The position numbers and the translations under genes were made by a program. Below are positions 27,961 through 37,333 of a stretch of 64,000 nt of DNA, piece by piece. Within the stretch, counting starts at the first letter, position 1, and each line of letters opens with the position of its first letter. The DNA lies in NCBI GenBank assembly GCA_965248835.1, contig CBDFLJ010000002.1, forward strand, positions 384,001 through 448,000. Direction: 5' to 3'. This stretch comes from Alphaproteobacteria bacterium (lineage in GTDB: Bacteria; Pseudomonadota; Alphaproteobacteria; MPNO01). A model generated the notes under the pieces. That model ran no database searches. It had not been told where the DNA came from and was given only the letters and a program-made list of their open reading frames with translations.

Positions 27961-29019
27961 TCAGGCCTCCTTGCCTTCCGTTTCGGCGCGCTTGACGAGG
28001 TCGAGCGCGACATCGACGATCATGTCTTCCTGGCCGCCGACCATCCGCCGCCGGCCGAGCTCGACCAGGATGTCGCGGGTGTCGATCCCGTAGGTCTCCG
28101 AGGCCGTCTCGGCATGGCGCAGGAAGCTCGAATACGATCCGGTGTAGCCGAGCGACAACGTCTCTCGGTCGACCCGGACCGGACGGTCCTGGAGCGGGCG
28201 GACCAGCTCCTCGGCCGCGTCCATCAATGCCCACAGGTCGCAGCCGTGGTTGAGCCCGGCCCGGTCGGCGACGGCGATGAACACTTCCAGCGGCGTGTTC
28301 CCGGCGCCGGCGCCCATGCCGGCGAGCGAGGCATCGACCCTGGTGACGCCGTGCTCGAGCGCGATGATCGTGTTGGCCACCCCCAGGCTGAGGTTGTGGT
28401 GGGCATGGATGCCGAGCTCGGTCCCGGGGTCGAGCCCGTCGCGGAAGGCGGCGAACCGGTCGGCGGTCTCGCCCATCAGGAGCGCGCCGCCGGAATCGGT
28501 CACATAGATGCAGTGGGCGCCGTAGGATTCCATCAGCTTGGCCTGGGCGAGAAGCGCATCGGCCGGGATCATGTGCGCCATCATCAGGAAGCCGGCGACG
28601 TCCATGCCGATCTCGCGGGCATACTCGATATGCTGCCTGGCGATGTCGGCTTCGGTGCAGTGGGTGGCGATGCGGACCGAGCGCGCGCCCGCGTCGTAGG
28701 CGTTCTTGAGATCGTGAACAGTGCCGATCCCGGGGATCAGCAGCGTCGTCAGCTTGGCGTGCTGCAAAACGCCCGCCGCAGCTTCGATATATTCGAGGTC
28801 GGTGTGCGCGGCGAAGCCGTAATTGAACGACATCCCCGCCAGCCCGTCGCCGTGGCAGACCTCGATCGCATCGACATGGGCGGCATCGAGCGCCTTGCAG
28901 ATCGCCACGACGTGGTCGAGCCCGTACTGGTGGCGGATCGCGTGCATGCCATCGCGCAGGGTGACGTCCTGAATGTAGATCTTCCTGGACTTGTCGAGGG
29001 CCATCGTCGCGTCTCCCAT
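27961..29019 (-). CDS. dmpG: 4-hydroxy-2-oxovalerate aldolase
   Basis: [34 protein letters not shown]; TGATG coupling to dmpF. Confidence 0.95.
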   Translation of the reverse strand: MGDATMALDKSRKIYIQDVTLRDGMHAIRHQYGLDHVVAICKALDAAHVDAIEVCHGDGLAGMSFNYGFAAHTDLEYIEAAAGVLQHAKLTTLLIPGIGTVHDLKNAYDAGARSVRIATHCTEADIARQHIEYAREIGMDVAGFLMMAHMIPADALLAQAKLMESYGAHCIYVTDSGGALLMGETADRFAAFRDGLDPGTELGIHAHHNLSLGVANTIIALEHGVTRVDASLAGMGAGAGNTPLEVFIAVADRAGLNHGCDLWALMDAAEELVRPLQDRPVRVDRETLSLGYTGSYSSFLRHAETASETYGIDTRDILVELGRRRMVGGQEDMIVDVALDLVKRAETEGKEA

Positions 29020-29945
29020 CAGCCCGTGGCGCTGCGCTCGACCAACCGTTCGGCGGTCTTGAGCGCGGCGGAGGTCATTATGTCGAGATTGCCGGCGTAG
29101 GTCGGCAAGTAGTGTCCGGCGCCCTCGACCTCCAGAAAGACCGAGGATTTGATGCCGGTGAATTCCCCCAGCCCCGGTATGCGCAACGGGTTGTTGGAGC
29201 CGAAGCGCTCGAACTGCACGTCCTGCTTGAGCCGGTAGCCGGGAACGTAGGACTGCACCTCGACGATCATCGATTCGACCGAGTCGGTGATCGCGCCGGT
29301 GTCGCCCTCATCGGACAGCGTGTAGATCGTATCGCGCATCAGCAGCGGCGGCTCGGCCGGGTTGAGCACGATGATCGCCTTGCCGCGCGCGGCACCGCCG
29401 ACGACCTCGATTCCCTTGGCGGTGGTCTCGGTGAACTCGTCGATATTGGCCCGCGTGCCGGGTCCCGCCGACCGGCTGGAGATCGAGGCCACGATCTCGG
29501 CGTAGTGCACCGTCGCGACCCTGTCCACCGCATGGACGATCGGGATCGTCGCCTGGCCGCCGCACGAGACCATGTTGATGTTCGGCACGCCCAGATGCTC
29601 GTCCATGTTGACCACCGGCACGACATAGGGGCCGATTGCCGCAGGCGTCAGGTCGATGATGGTCTTGCCGTGCGCCGCGCAAATTTCCGCGTTCCGCGCG
29701 TGCGCCTTGGCCGAGGTGGCATCGAACACGATGCCGATCCCCGCCCATTCGTCCATCGCCGCAAGGCCTTCAAGCCCCTCGTGGGTGGTCGCCACGCCGA
29801 GCTTGCGCGCACGCGCGAGCCCGTCGGAGTCGGGATCGATGCCCACCAGGGCGCCCATCTCCAGGGTCTCGGAGGTTTCGATGATCTTGATCATCAGGTC
29901 GGTGCCGATATTGCCCGAGCCGACGATCGCAACGCGCGTCTTCAT
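29019..29945 (-). CDS. dmpF: Acetaldehyde dehydrogenase (acylating)
   Basis: [46 protein letters not shown]. Confidence 0.95.
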   Translation of the reverse strand: MKTRVAIVGSGNIGTDLMIKIIETSETLEMGALVGIDPDSDGLARARKLGVATTHEGLEGLAAMDEWAGIGIVFDATSAKAHARNAEICAAHGKTIIDLTPAAIGPYVVPVVNMDEHLGVPNINMVSCGGQATIPIVHAVDRVATVHYAEIVASISSRSAGPGTRANIDEFTETTAKGIEVVGGAARGKAIIVLNPAEPPLLMRDTIYTLSDEGDTGAITDSVESMIVEVQSYVPGYRLKQDVQFERFGSNNPLRIPGLGEFTGIKSSVFLEVEGAGHYLPTYAGNLDIMTSAALKTAERLVERSATG

Positions 29946-29976
29946 GGTTGTGCCCCTGTCTCTGTCCCGCCGATCC

Positions 29977-30765
29977 TCAGGCCTCGAAGGCCGCGCGGAC
30001 CGAGCCGAGCCCCTCGATCCGCGCTTCCATCACGTCGCCCGGCGCGACCGGGGCCATCGGGCCGAGCGCTCCGGTCATGATCACCTCGCCCGCGTGCAGG
30101 GGGGTCCCCATCGCGACCATCTTGCGGGCGAGCCAGAGCGCGGCGTTCAAAGGGTTGCCCAGGCACGCGACGCCGGCGCCGATCGAGACCTGATCGCCCT
30201 TGTTCTCCATCACCATGCCGCACTCGCGCAGGTCGAGGTCCTCGATCAGGACCGGACGGGTGCCCAGCACGAACAACCCCGAGGACGCGTTGTCGGCGAT
30301 GGTATCGACGATCTTGATGTCCCACTTGGCGATGCGCGAGCCGACCACCTCGATCGCCGGCAGCGCATAGGCCACCGCATCGATCAGATCGATCGGCGTG
30401 AGCTGGTCGTCGTAGAGGTCGTATTCCAGGACCAGCGCGACCTCGGCCTCGCAGCGCGGCTGGAGGACCCGTCCGGCCGGGATCTCCTCGCCGTCGACCA
30501 GGCACATGTCGGCGAACAGCATGCCGTAGTCGGGCTGGTCGACGCCGAGCTGGGCCTGGACCGCCTTGGCGGTCAGCCCGATCTTGCGCCCGACCAGCCG
30601 GCGGCCCTGCTTTTCGATCCAGTGATCGGTGTTCAGCTTCTGGACCGCGTAGGCGGCCTCGACGTCGCCCTCGGGCAAGCTGTCGCGCACCGGCCTGATC
30701 GGCTTTCCCTTGGCGTATGCGCCGCGGATGCGGCTGGCCGCCCTCTTGATCGCGTCTTGGCTCAT
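29977..30765 (-). CDS. dmpE: 2-oxopent-4-enoate hydratase
   Basis: [35 protein letters not shown]. Confidence 0.9.
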   Translation of the reverse strand: MSQDAIKRAASRIRGAYAKGKPIRPVRDSLPEGDVEAAYAVQKLNTDHWIEKQGRRLVGRKIGLTAKAVQAQLGVDQPDYGMLFADMCLVDGEEIPAGRVLQPRCEAEVALVLEYDLYDDQLTPIDLIDAVAYALPAIEVVGSRIAKWDIKIVDTIADNASSGLFVLGTRPVLIEDLDLRECGMVMENKGDQVSIGAGVACLGNPLNAALWLARKMVAMGTPLHAGEVIMTGALGPMAPVAPGDVMEARIEGLGSVRAAFEA

Positions 30766-30780
30766 CGGCTGCGGGGTCCC

Positions 30781-32259
30781 TCAAAGCTTGATGCAGATGT
30801 TCTTCTGCTCGGAATAGAAGTTGAGTGCGTGCTGGCCGCCCTCGCGCCCGATGCCTGACAGCCCGATACCGCCGAACGGCGTGCGCAGGTCGCGCAGGAA
30901 CCAGCAATTGACCCAGTTTATGCCGGCTTCCATCGCCTGACTGACCCGATGGCCGCGCGACAGATCGGTGGTCCACACGACCGAGGCCAGCCCGTAGTCG
31001 GTGTCGTTGGCCATCGCGACCGCCTCGTCCTCCGAATCGAAAGGGGTTACATGGCAGACCGGCCCGAAAATCTCCTCCTTCTGGATCCGCGTGTCCTCGC
31101 CGAGGCCTGCGAAGATGGTCGGCTGGACGAAGGCGCCGTTGTCGCGGCTGTCGCCGAATTCGGGGATGCCGCCGCCGGTCACCACCTCGGCGCCGAGTTC
31201 GGCCGCAAGCCGGTAATAGGAGGTCACCTTGTCGCGGTGCTCGTGGGAGATCAGCGAGCCCATCTGGGTCGAGGCCTCCTCGGGCCGGCCGATGACCATC
31301 GCCTCAGCACGGCCCTTCAGCGCGTCCACGAAGCGCTGGTATATCGGGCGCTCCACATAGACCCGCTCGGAGCTCAGGCAGACCTGGCCGGTGTTGGCGA
31401 AGACCGATCGGGCTGTGCCCTCGATCGCGGCATCGAAGTCGGCATCGGCGAAGACGATCGCCGGGTTCTTGCCGCCGAGCTCGAAGGACAGCGCCTTGAT
31501 ATTGACCGAGGCGGCTTTCATGATCTCGCGCCCGGTTGCGGTCTCGCCGGTGAAGGTGATCGCATCGATCCCGGTGTGGTGGGTGATGAACTCGCCGGCC
31601 GAGCCGGGCCCGAAGCCGTGGACCACGTTGAACGCGCCGGCCGGTACGCCGGCCTCGTGCATCACCTCGGCCAGGAGCGTCGCCGTCGTCGGGGTCTCTT
31701 CGGACGGCTTGAGGATCACCGCATTGCCGCTCGCCATCGCCGGCGCGAGCTTCCAGGTGGACAGCAAGAGCGGCAGGTTCCAGGGCGAGATCACCCCGAC
31801 GACGCCATGCGGCTGGCGCACCGAATAGTTGACCGCCCCGCGCCCGTCGGGAGTCTCCTGCATATAGGCCTCGGTTCCGACCGACTTCACCAGGTCGGCG
31901 AAGACGCGGAAATTGGCCGCCCCGCGCGGGATGTCGAGGTGGCTCGCCAGCGACTTGGGCTTGCCGGTATCGGCGCATTCGGCATCGACGAACTCGTCGA
32001 ACCGCTTCTCGATGCCCTCGGCCGCGGCATAGAGCAGGTTGCAGCGCGCCTCGGTGGTGAGCTTGCCCCACGCGCCGTGATAGGCCTCGCGCGCGGCATC
32101 GACGGCCTGGTCGACGACGGCCCGGCTGGCCTCGTGCACCAGCGAGATCAGCGTGCCGTCGACCGGCGTGAAATTCTCGAACGTATCGCCGCCGGCGATG
32201 AATTCCCCCCCGACATAGTTCTTCAGCGCGCGAACGTTGCCTTGCCCTTCGGCCGCCAC
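30781..32259 (-). CDS. dmpC: 2-hydroxymuconic (or 2-aminomuconic) semialdehyde dehydrogenase
   Basis: DIPRGAANF, PWNLPLLL, KPSEETP, FTGETATG, ELGGKN, GQVCL, WFLRDLRTPFGG; GTG start after GGAGAGG. Confidence 0.9.
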   Translation of the reverse strand: MAAEGQGNVRALKNYVGGEFIAGGDTFENFTPVDGTLISLVHEASRAVVDQAVDAAREAYHGAWGKLTTEARCNLLYAAAEGIEKRFDEFVDAECADTGKPKSLASHLDIPRGAANFRVFADLVKSVGTEAYMQETPDGRGAVNYSVRQPHGVVGVISPWNLPLLLSTWKLAPAMASGNAVILKPSEETPTTATLLAEVMHEAGVPAGAFNVVHGFGPGSAGEFITHHTGIDAITFTGETATGREIMKAASVNIKALSFELGGKNPAIVFADADFDAAIEGTARSVFANTGQVCLSSERVYVERPIYQRFVDALKGRAEAMVIGRPEEASTQMGSLISHEHRDKVTSYYRLAAELGAEVVTGGGIPEFGDSRDNGAFVQPTIFAGLGEDTRIQKEEIFGPVCHVTPFDSEDEAVAMANDTDYGLASVVWTTDLSRGHRVSQAMEAGINWVNCWFLRDLRTPFGGIGLSGIGREGGQHALNFYSEQKNICIKL

Positions 32260-32338
32260 GATGCCTCTCCCCGTGTCCCGATTCGGCGGCACAATAGGGG
32301 GAAACGCGCCTGGCTGGAACCGTCCGGGGCGAGGTTTC

Positions 32339-32815
32339 TCAGGCCGCGACCTCGAAGATCGCCTCGATCTCCATCGGGAAGCCGCGCGGCAGTTCGGCCA
32401 TGCCGACGGCCGAACGGGCATGCTGGCCCGCCTCGGCTCCGAACAGCGCGACGAACAGGTCCGAGGCGCCGTCGACGACGGCGAACTGGCGCTCGAACCC
32501 CGGCGAGGAGTTGATCATGCCGGTCACCTTGACCACCCGGACGATCTTGTCGAGCGACCCGATCTGCTGCTTGACCGAGGCGAGGATGTTGAGCGCGACC
32601 TTGGCCGCGGTATCGACCGCGTCGGCCTCGGAGACCTCGGCATCGACTTTGCCGCGCATCACCGCGCCGAGCTCGGCCGGCGGCGGATGGCCCGAGGTGT
32701 AGAGCAGCCGCCCGACCTGGACGCAGCCGGTCCGGTTGGCGCTCGGGTACTCGAAGGGGGAGGGCAGCACCAGACCCATTTCGGCCAGGCGGGCGTCGAT
32801 CCTTCCTGCGGGCAT
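32339..32815 (-). CDS. RidA/YjgF family protein
   Basis: LYTSGH, VVKVTGMINS, GASDLF, HARSAVG (catalytic Arg), EIEA. Confidence 0.88.
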   Translation of the reverse strand: MPAGRIDARLAEMGLVLPSPFEYPSANRTGCVQVGRLLYTSGHPPPAELGAVMRGKVDAEVSEADAVDTAAKVALNILASVKQQIGSLDKIVRVVKVTGMINSSPGFERQFAVVDGASDLFVALFGAEAGQHARSAVGMAELPRGFPMEIEAIFEVAA

Positions 32816-32827
32816 CTGCCGGCCTCC

Positions 32828-34987
32828 TCAGCGCACCGGTTCGGGGATCGGCGGAGCCACCCCTTCGGGCAGCGCGCGCAGCCGGCAGGGCAGGCCGCGG
32901 GTGTCGGCCGAACCGGTGATCGGATCCCATGGCCCGCCATAGGACATGGTCGTGTTGATGTTGACGGCCAGCGCGCCATGCTCGGGCCCCGGCGCCTCGG
33001 GCAGCCACCAGCCCATGCCGGTGCGTACGATCCCGGGCGGGATCTCGCCGGTCAGGCTCAGCCGCAGCGCGCACGCGCCGTCGCCGGCTGGGGTCTCGAC
33101 CTCGATCCAGTCATCGGCGGCAAAACCCAGTTCCGCAGCCGATTCAGGATGGATCTGGAGCCGCGGAAAGGGTGAGACCTTGCGCGCCCAGGCCTGATCG
33201 CGGTAGCGCGAATGGTGGTAGGTCTTCTCGCGCGCGCCGGTCAGCAGCACCAGCGGGTAGTCGGCGCGCACCGCCGGGTCCTCGCGTTCGATCCTGGGTG
33301 CGATGTGGACCGGCAGGGGATCGAGGCCGAGCCCCGCCAGCGTCTCGGAATAGAGCTCGATCTTGCCGGTCGGGGTCCTGAACCCGGCGGTCTCGAAATC
33401 GCCCAGCCGATACGGGAAGTGGGCGAAGCCGGTCCGTTCGAGCGCGTCGAAGGTGATCTCGTTCTCGCCCAGGAGCATCGCGTTGAAGTCGCGCTTGGTG
33501 CGCCAGGGGATGAACCGGCGCGCCGGCAGCCCCCTTGCTTCCAGCCGGTCGGCGAGATCGGCGGCGATCTCGAAGTCCGAACGCGCCTCGCCGCGCGGGG
33601 CGATGACGGGCCGGGTATAGCTGAGGCACGGCGCCGACGGGTCGATCGAAATCTCCTCCTCCTCCAGCCCCGTGGTCTTGGGCAGCACGATGTCCGCGAG
33701 CGCGGCGGTGGGCGTCATCGTGTGGCTGACGGCGACGAAAAACTCCAGCGTGCGCAGGGCCTCCAGCGTGCGCCGCGTGTTCGGATAGGTGACCGCGATA
33801 TTGACCCCGCTCAGATACATCGCACGCACCGGATAGGGCTCGCCGGTCAGGATCGCCTCGATGACAGAGGGATTGTGGCACGCGGTCTGCCAGCCGTCAG
33901 GGCCGGCCCAGAGCGGGAATCTGTCTGCGCCGATCGTGCGCGCCTCTACCTCGGGCTCCAGGCGGTAGGCCGGATCGTGCAGCAGGTCGATGTAGTTGCG
34001 ATAACCCCTGGGGCGCTTGATCCGACGGTTGCCGCCGACGCGGTCGAGATTGCCGGTGATCGCGACCAGGATGTGGAAGGCGCGAAAGGTCTGGACGCCG
34101 TTCGAGAAGGCATCGATTCCGTGCCCGCTGACGAATGCGGACGGGCCGGCGGCGTAAAGGTGCGCGGCCCGGACGATGTCCTCGGCCGCGACGCCGCTCA
34201 GCCCGGCGGCCCAGCCCGGCGTCAAGTCCGCGACATGGTCCGCCAGCGCATCGAAGCCATGACACCAGCTTTCGACGAAGTCCCGGTCGTGGAGGCTCTC
34301 GGCGATGATCACGTGGATCATCGCCAGCGCGATCGCGACATCGCTGCCGGGCTTGGGCTGGAGCCACAGGTCGGCCATCGCCGCGGCGGGCGTCCGCGCC
34401 GGGTCGATCACCACGATTTTCGCCCCCTTTGCCTTGGCCCTCTTGAGCGCCATCCACTGGACGGGATCGGCCGCGGCGGGGTTGCGCCCGACGATCAGCG
34501 CACACGCGGTGTTGTTGATGTCCTCGCCCCCGACGCACGAAAGCCCGGTGATCTTGTCCGACAGCGCCCGGCAGCCGCCGCACAAATCCTGGTTCATCAT
34601 CCAGTTGGGCGATCCCAGCGCGCGCATCAGGAGCGCGACCATCGCGCCCCGGCTGAAGAAGGCGGACGAGACCGCGCCGACCAGCGAAAGCGGTCCATGG
34701 GCCTCGCGCGCAGCGATCAGCCCGTCGGCGACGGCGTCGAGCGCGGTCTCCCAGGTGATCGGTTCCCAGTCGCCGCCGCCGCGCGGCCCCCGCCTGCGCA
34801 TCGGCCGGACCAGTCGGCCCGGGTGCTCGGTCAGTTCCTTGGCGCCGCGGATGCCCTTGACGCAGAACGCGCCCTGGGAGCCCGGGTGCTCCGGGTTGGG
34901 ATCGATCCGGACAAGGCGGCCGTTGTCGACGCTGACCAGTGCGCCGCAGCGGGTACTGCATTCCCAGCAGGTCGTCGGCAATTGCAT
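32828..34987 (-). CDS. DMSO-reductase family Mo/W-bisPGD oxidoreductase, acetylene-hydratase-like clade, function unknown
   Basis: N-terminal CWECSTRC...FCVKG [4Fe-4S] motif; GRNP, VIDP, GNLDRVGG, TGEPYPVRA, TPTGKIEL, YPLVLLTG; no Tat leader. Confidence 0.85.
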   Translation of the reverse strand: MQLPTTCWECSTRCGALVSVDNGRLVRIDPNPEHPGSQGAFCVKGIRGAKELTEHPGRLVRPMRRRGPRGGGDWEPITWETALDAVADGLIAAREAHGPLSLVGAVSSAFFSRGAMVALLMRALGSPNWMMNQDLCGGCRALSDKITGLSCVGGEDINNTACALIVGRNPAAADPVQWMALKRAKAKGAKIVVIDPARTPAAAMADLWLQPKPGSDVAIALAMIHVIIAESLHDRDFVESWCHGFDALADHVADLTPGWAAGLSGVAAEDIVRAAHLYAAGPSAFVSGHGIDAFSNGVQTFRAFHILVAITGNLDRVGGNRRIKRPRGYRNYIDLLHDPAYRLEPEVEARTIGADRFPLWAGPDGWQTACHNPSVIEAILTGEPYPVRAMYLSGVNIAVTYPNTRRTLEALRTLEFFVAVSHTMTPTAALADIVLPKTTGLEEEEISIDPSAPCLSYTRPVIAPRGEARSDFEIAADLADRLEARGLPARRFIPWRTKRDFNAMLLGENEITFDALERTGFAHFPYRLGDFETAGFRTPTGKIELYSETLAGLGLDPLPVHIAPRIEREDPAVRADYPLVLLTGAREKTYHHSRYRDQAWARKVSPFPRLQIHPESAAELGFAADDWIEVETPAGDGACALRLSLTGEIPPGIVRTGMGWWLPEAPGPEHGALAVNINTTMSYGGPWDPITGSADTRGLPCRLRALPEGVAPPIPEPVR

Positions 34988-35078
34988 CGGCAGTGCGTCC
35001 CCTGGTCCCTCGGCCGGTTGAGCTTACCACGCCGGGCGCCGGCGGCCACGTCCTTGAAACCGCGGCCGACTTCGGGCT

Positions 35079-35106
35079 TTGACGCGCCGACGCGCTCGCG
35101 TATGTA
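35079..35106 (+). promoter_or_regulatory. Candidate sigma70 promoter for the caiB-SDR-pad run
   Basis: TTGACG-N16-TATGTA about 30 nt upstream of the GGAGGT RBS and ATG at 35138. Confidence 0.35.
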
Positions 35107-35137
35107 ACCGCGGGCTGGCTCCATCGGCGGAGGTGAG

Positions 35138-36376
35138 ATGATCGAAACGGCGGGCGCGCTTGCGGGCGTACGGGTGGTCGACCTGACGCGGGTGTTGGCC
35201 GGGCCCTACTGCACCCAGCTTCTCGGCGATCTGGGGGCCGACGTGATCAAGATCGAACGGCCCGGGACCGGCGACGACACGCGGAAGTTCGCACCGCCCT
35301 TTCTCAAGGACGCAGACGGCAACGACACTTCCGAGAGCGCCTATTTCATGTCCGCCAACCGCAACAAGCGCTCGGTGGCGCTCGACATCTCCAAGTCGGA
35401 AGGCCAGGAGGTGGTGCGCACGCTGATCCGCCGGGCCGACGCGGTGGTGGAGAACTTCAAGACCGGCAATCTCGCGCGCTACGGCCTCGACTACGATTCG
35501 GTGAAGGAAGACAACCCGAAGCTGGTCTATTGCTCGATCACCGGCTTCGGCCAGACCGGCCCCTATGCCGGGCGGCCGGGCTACGACTTCCTGGTGCAGG
35601 CGATGGGCGGCATCATGTCGCTGACCGGGGAGATCGAGGGCGAGCCCCAGAAGGTCGGCGTGCCGATCGCCGACATCATGTCGGGCATGTTCGCATCGGT
35701 CGCGGTGTGCGCTGCGCTGCGCCATGCCGCGCTGACGGGGCAGGGCCAGTATATCGACATCGGCATGCTGGATGCCCAGGTCGCCTGGCTGGTCAACGCC
35801 GGGATGAACTACCTCTATGCCGGGGAGCTCGGCCGGCTGGGCAACGCGCACCCCAACATCGTGCCCTATCAGGTCTTCCAGACCGCCGACGGCTTTATCG
35901 TGGTCGCGATCGGTAATGATTCCCAGTTTCGGCGGTTCTGCGAATCGATCGAGCGCGCCGATCTGTGCGCCGACGCGCGGTTTGCGACCAACGACGCGCG
36001 CGTGCGCAACCGCGCGGCCTGCATCGACGCGCTGCGGCCGATCTTCGAGGCGCGCGCGTCCGCGGATTGGCTCGCGGCGCTGGACGAACAGGGCATCGGC
36101 TGCGGGCCAATCAACAATCTGGCCCAGGTCTTCGAGGACCCGCACGTCCTCGCGCGCGGCATGGTGAGCGCGGTGCCGCACCCGGCGATCGATGGAAGGC
36201 CGGCACGGCTGATCGCCAGCCCCCTGCGGTTGAGCGAAACCCCGGTGGAGACCCGCCGCGCCCCGCCGATGCTCGGCCAACACACCGACGAGGTGCTGGC
36301 CGAAGTGCTGGGGATGGACGAGACCGCGCGCGCCGCGCTCCGCCGGGCTGGGATCATCGGGCCGGCTCTGTCATAG
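35138..36376 (+). CDS. CaiB/BaiF family III CoA-transferase
   Basis: DLTRVLAGPY, GADVIKIE, NRNKRS, ENF, GYDF, ADIMSG (catalytic Asp). Confidence 0.92.
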   Translation: MIETAGALAGVRVVDLTRVLAGPYCTQLLGDLGADVIKIERPGTGDDTRKFAPPFLKDADGNDTSESAYFMSANRNKRSVALDISKSEGQEVVRTLIRRADAVVENFKTGNLARYGLDYDSVKEDNPKLVYCSITGFGQTGPYAGRPGYDFLVQAMGGIMSLTGEIEGEPQKVGVPIADIMSGMFASVAVCAALRHAALTGQGQYIDIGMLDAQVAWLVNAGMNYLYAGELGRLGNAHPNIVPYQVFQTADGFIVVAIGNDSQFRRFCESIERADLCADARFATNDARVRNRAACIDALRPIFEARASADWLAALDEQGIGCGPINNLAQVFEDPHVLARGMVSAVPHPAIDGRPARLIASPLRLSETPVETRRAPPMLGQHTDEVLAEVLGMDETARAALRRAGIIGPALS

Positions 36377-36403
36377 TCGGGCCGGCAACCAGGGAAGGGA
36401 ACG

Positions 36404-37219
36404 ATGACCGAAATCGGCCACATCAGCTACGACGAGATCGAGGTCGACAAGTCCGCGACCTATGACAGCCTGAAGGACCGGGTGGTGATCATCACCGGCG
36501 GCGGCCAGGGCATCGGCCGCGGCTATGCGCATTATTTCGCCGCCCAGGGCGCGATCCCGGTGATCGCCGAGATCAACGGCGATGCCGCCGAGCGGGTCGC
36601 CGAGGAAATCCGGGCCAAGCAGGGCAAGGCGCTGGCGGTCCAGACCGATGTCGCCGATCTCGATTCGGCTACCAATATGGCCGAGAAGGCGCTCGCCGCA
36701 TTCGGCCGCATCGATTGCCTGATCAACAACGCCGCGGTGTTCTCGAAGATCACCATGGCGCCGTTCTGGGAGCTCCCGGTCGAGGAGTGGAAGGCCGCGG
36801 TCGACGTCAACATCACCGGCTCGTTCTTCTGCGCCCGCGCGGTGGTGCCGGCGATGCAGGAGGCGAAGTGGGGCCGGATCGTCAACGTCTCCTCGGCGAC
36901 CTTCGTGATGGGCCTTCCCAACTACCTCCACTACATCACCACCAAGTCGGCGATCGTCGGCATGACGCGGTCGATGGCGCGCGAGCTTGGCGCGTGGAAC
37001 ATCACCGTCAACACCTTCTGGCCCGGCGTGATGCAGACCGAGATCGAGCGCCCTTCGGTGCCGCGCGAACGCTTCCGCGAGTACACCGAGCGCCAGTCGA
37101 TCAAGCGCCAGGGCACGATTCACGACCTCGCCAAGGCGATGCTGTTCCTGTGCTCCGAGGAGGCGAGCTATATCTCCGGACAGAACCTGCAGCCCGATGG
37201 CGGGCTGACGTTCCTCTAG
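36404..37219 (+). CDS. Short-chain dehydrogenase/reductase
   Basis: TGGGQGIG, NNAA, YITTK. Confidence 0.9.
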   Translation: MTEIGHISYDEIEVDKSATYDSLKDRVVIITGGGQGIGRGYAHYFAAQGAIPVIAEINGDAAERVAEEIRAKQGKALAVQTDVADLDSATNMAEKALAAFGRIDCLINNAAVFSKITMAPFWELPVEEWKAAVDVNITGSFFCARAVVPAMQEAKWGRIVNVSSATFVMGLPNYLHYITTKSAIVGMTRSMARELGAWNITVNTFWPGVMQTEIERPSVPRERFREYTERQSIKRQGTIHDLAKAMLFLCSEEASYISGQNLQPDGGLTFL

Positions 37220-37333
37220 CCCGCCGGGTCCGGACCGACCCGGTTGCCTTGATCGCAATTGCGCCGAACGTGGAGACCGCGATGATCGCCCAAGACAATC
37301 CATACCGCCGCCCGGGCCGCGCGCCCTGATCCG

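Noticed and set aside
32828-34987. True acetylene hydratase or formate dehydrogenase
   Set aside because: Lacks the catalytic Asp in the cluster motif and the FDH Cys/Sec-His motif; no in-frame TGA
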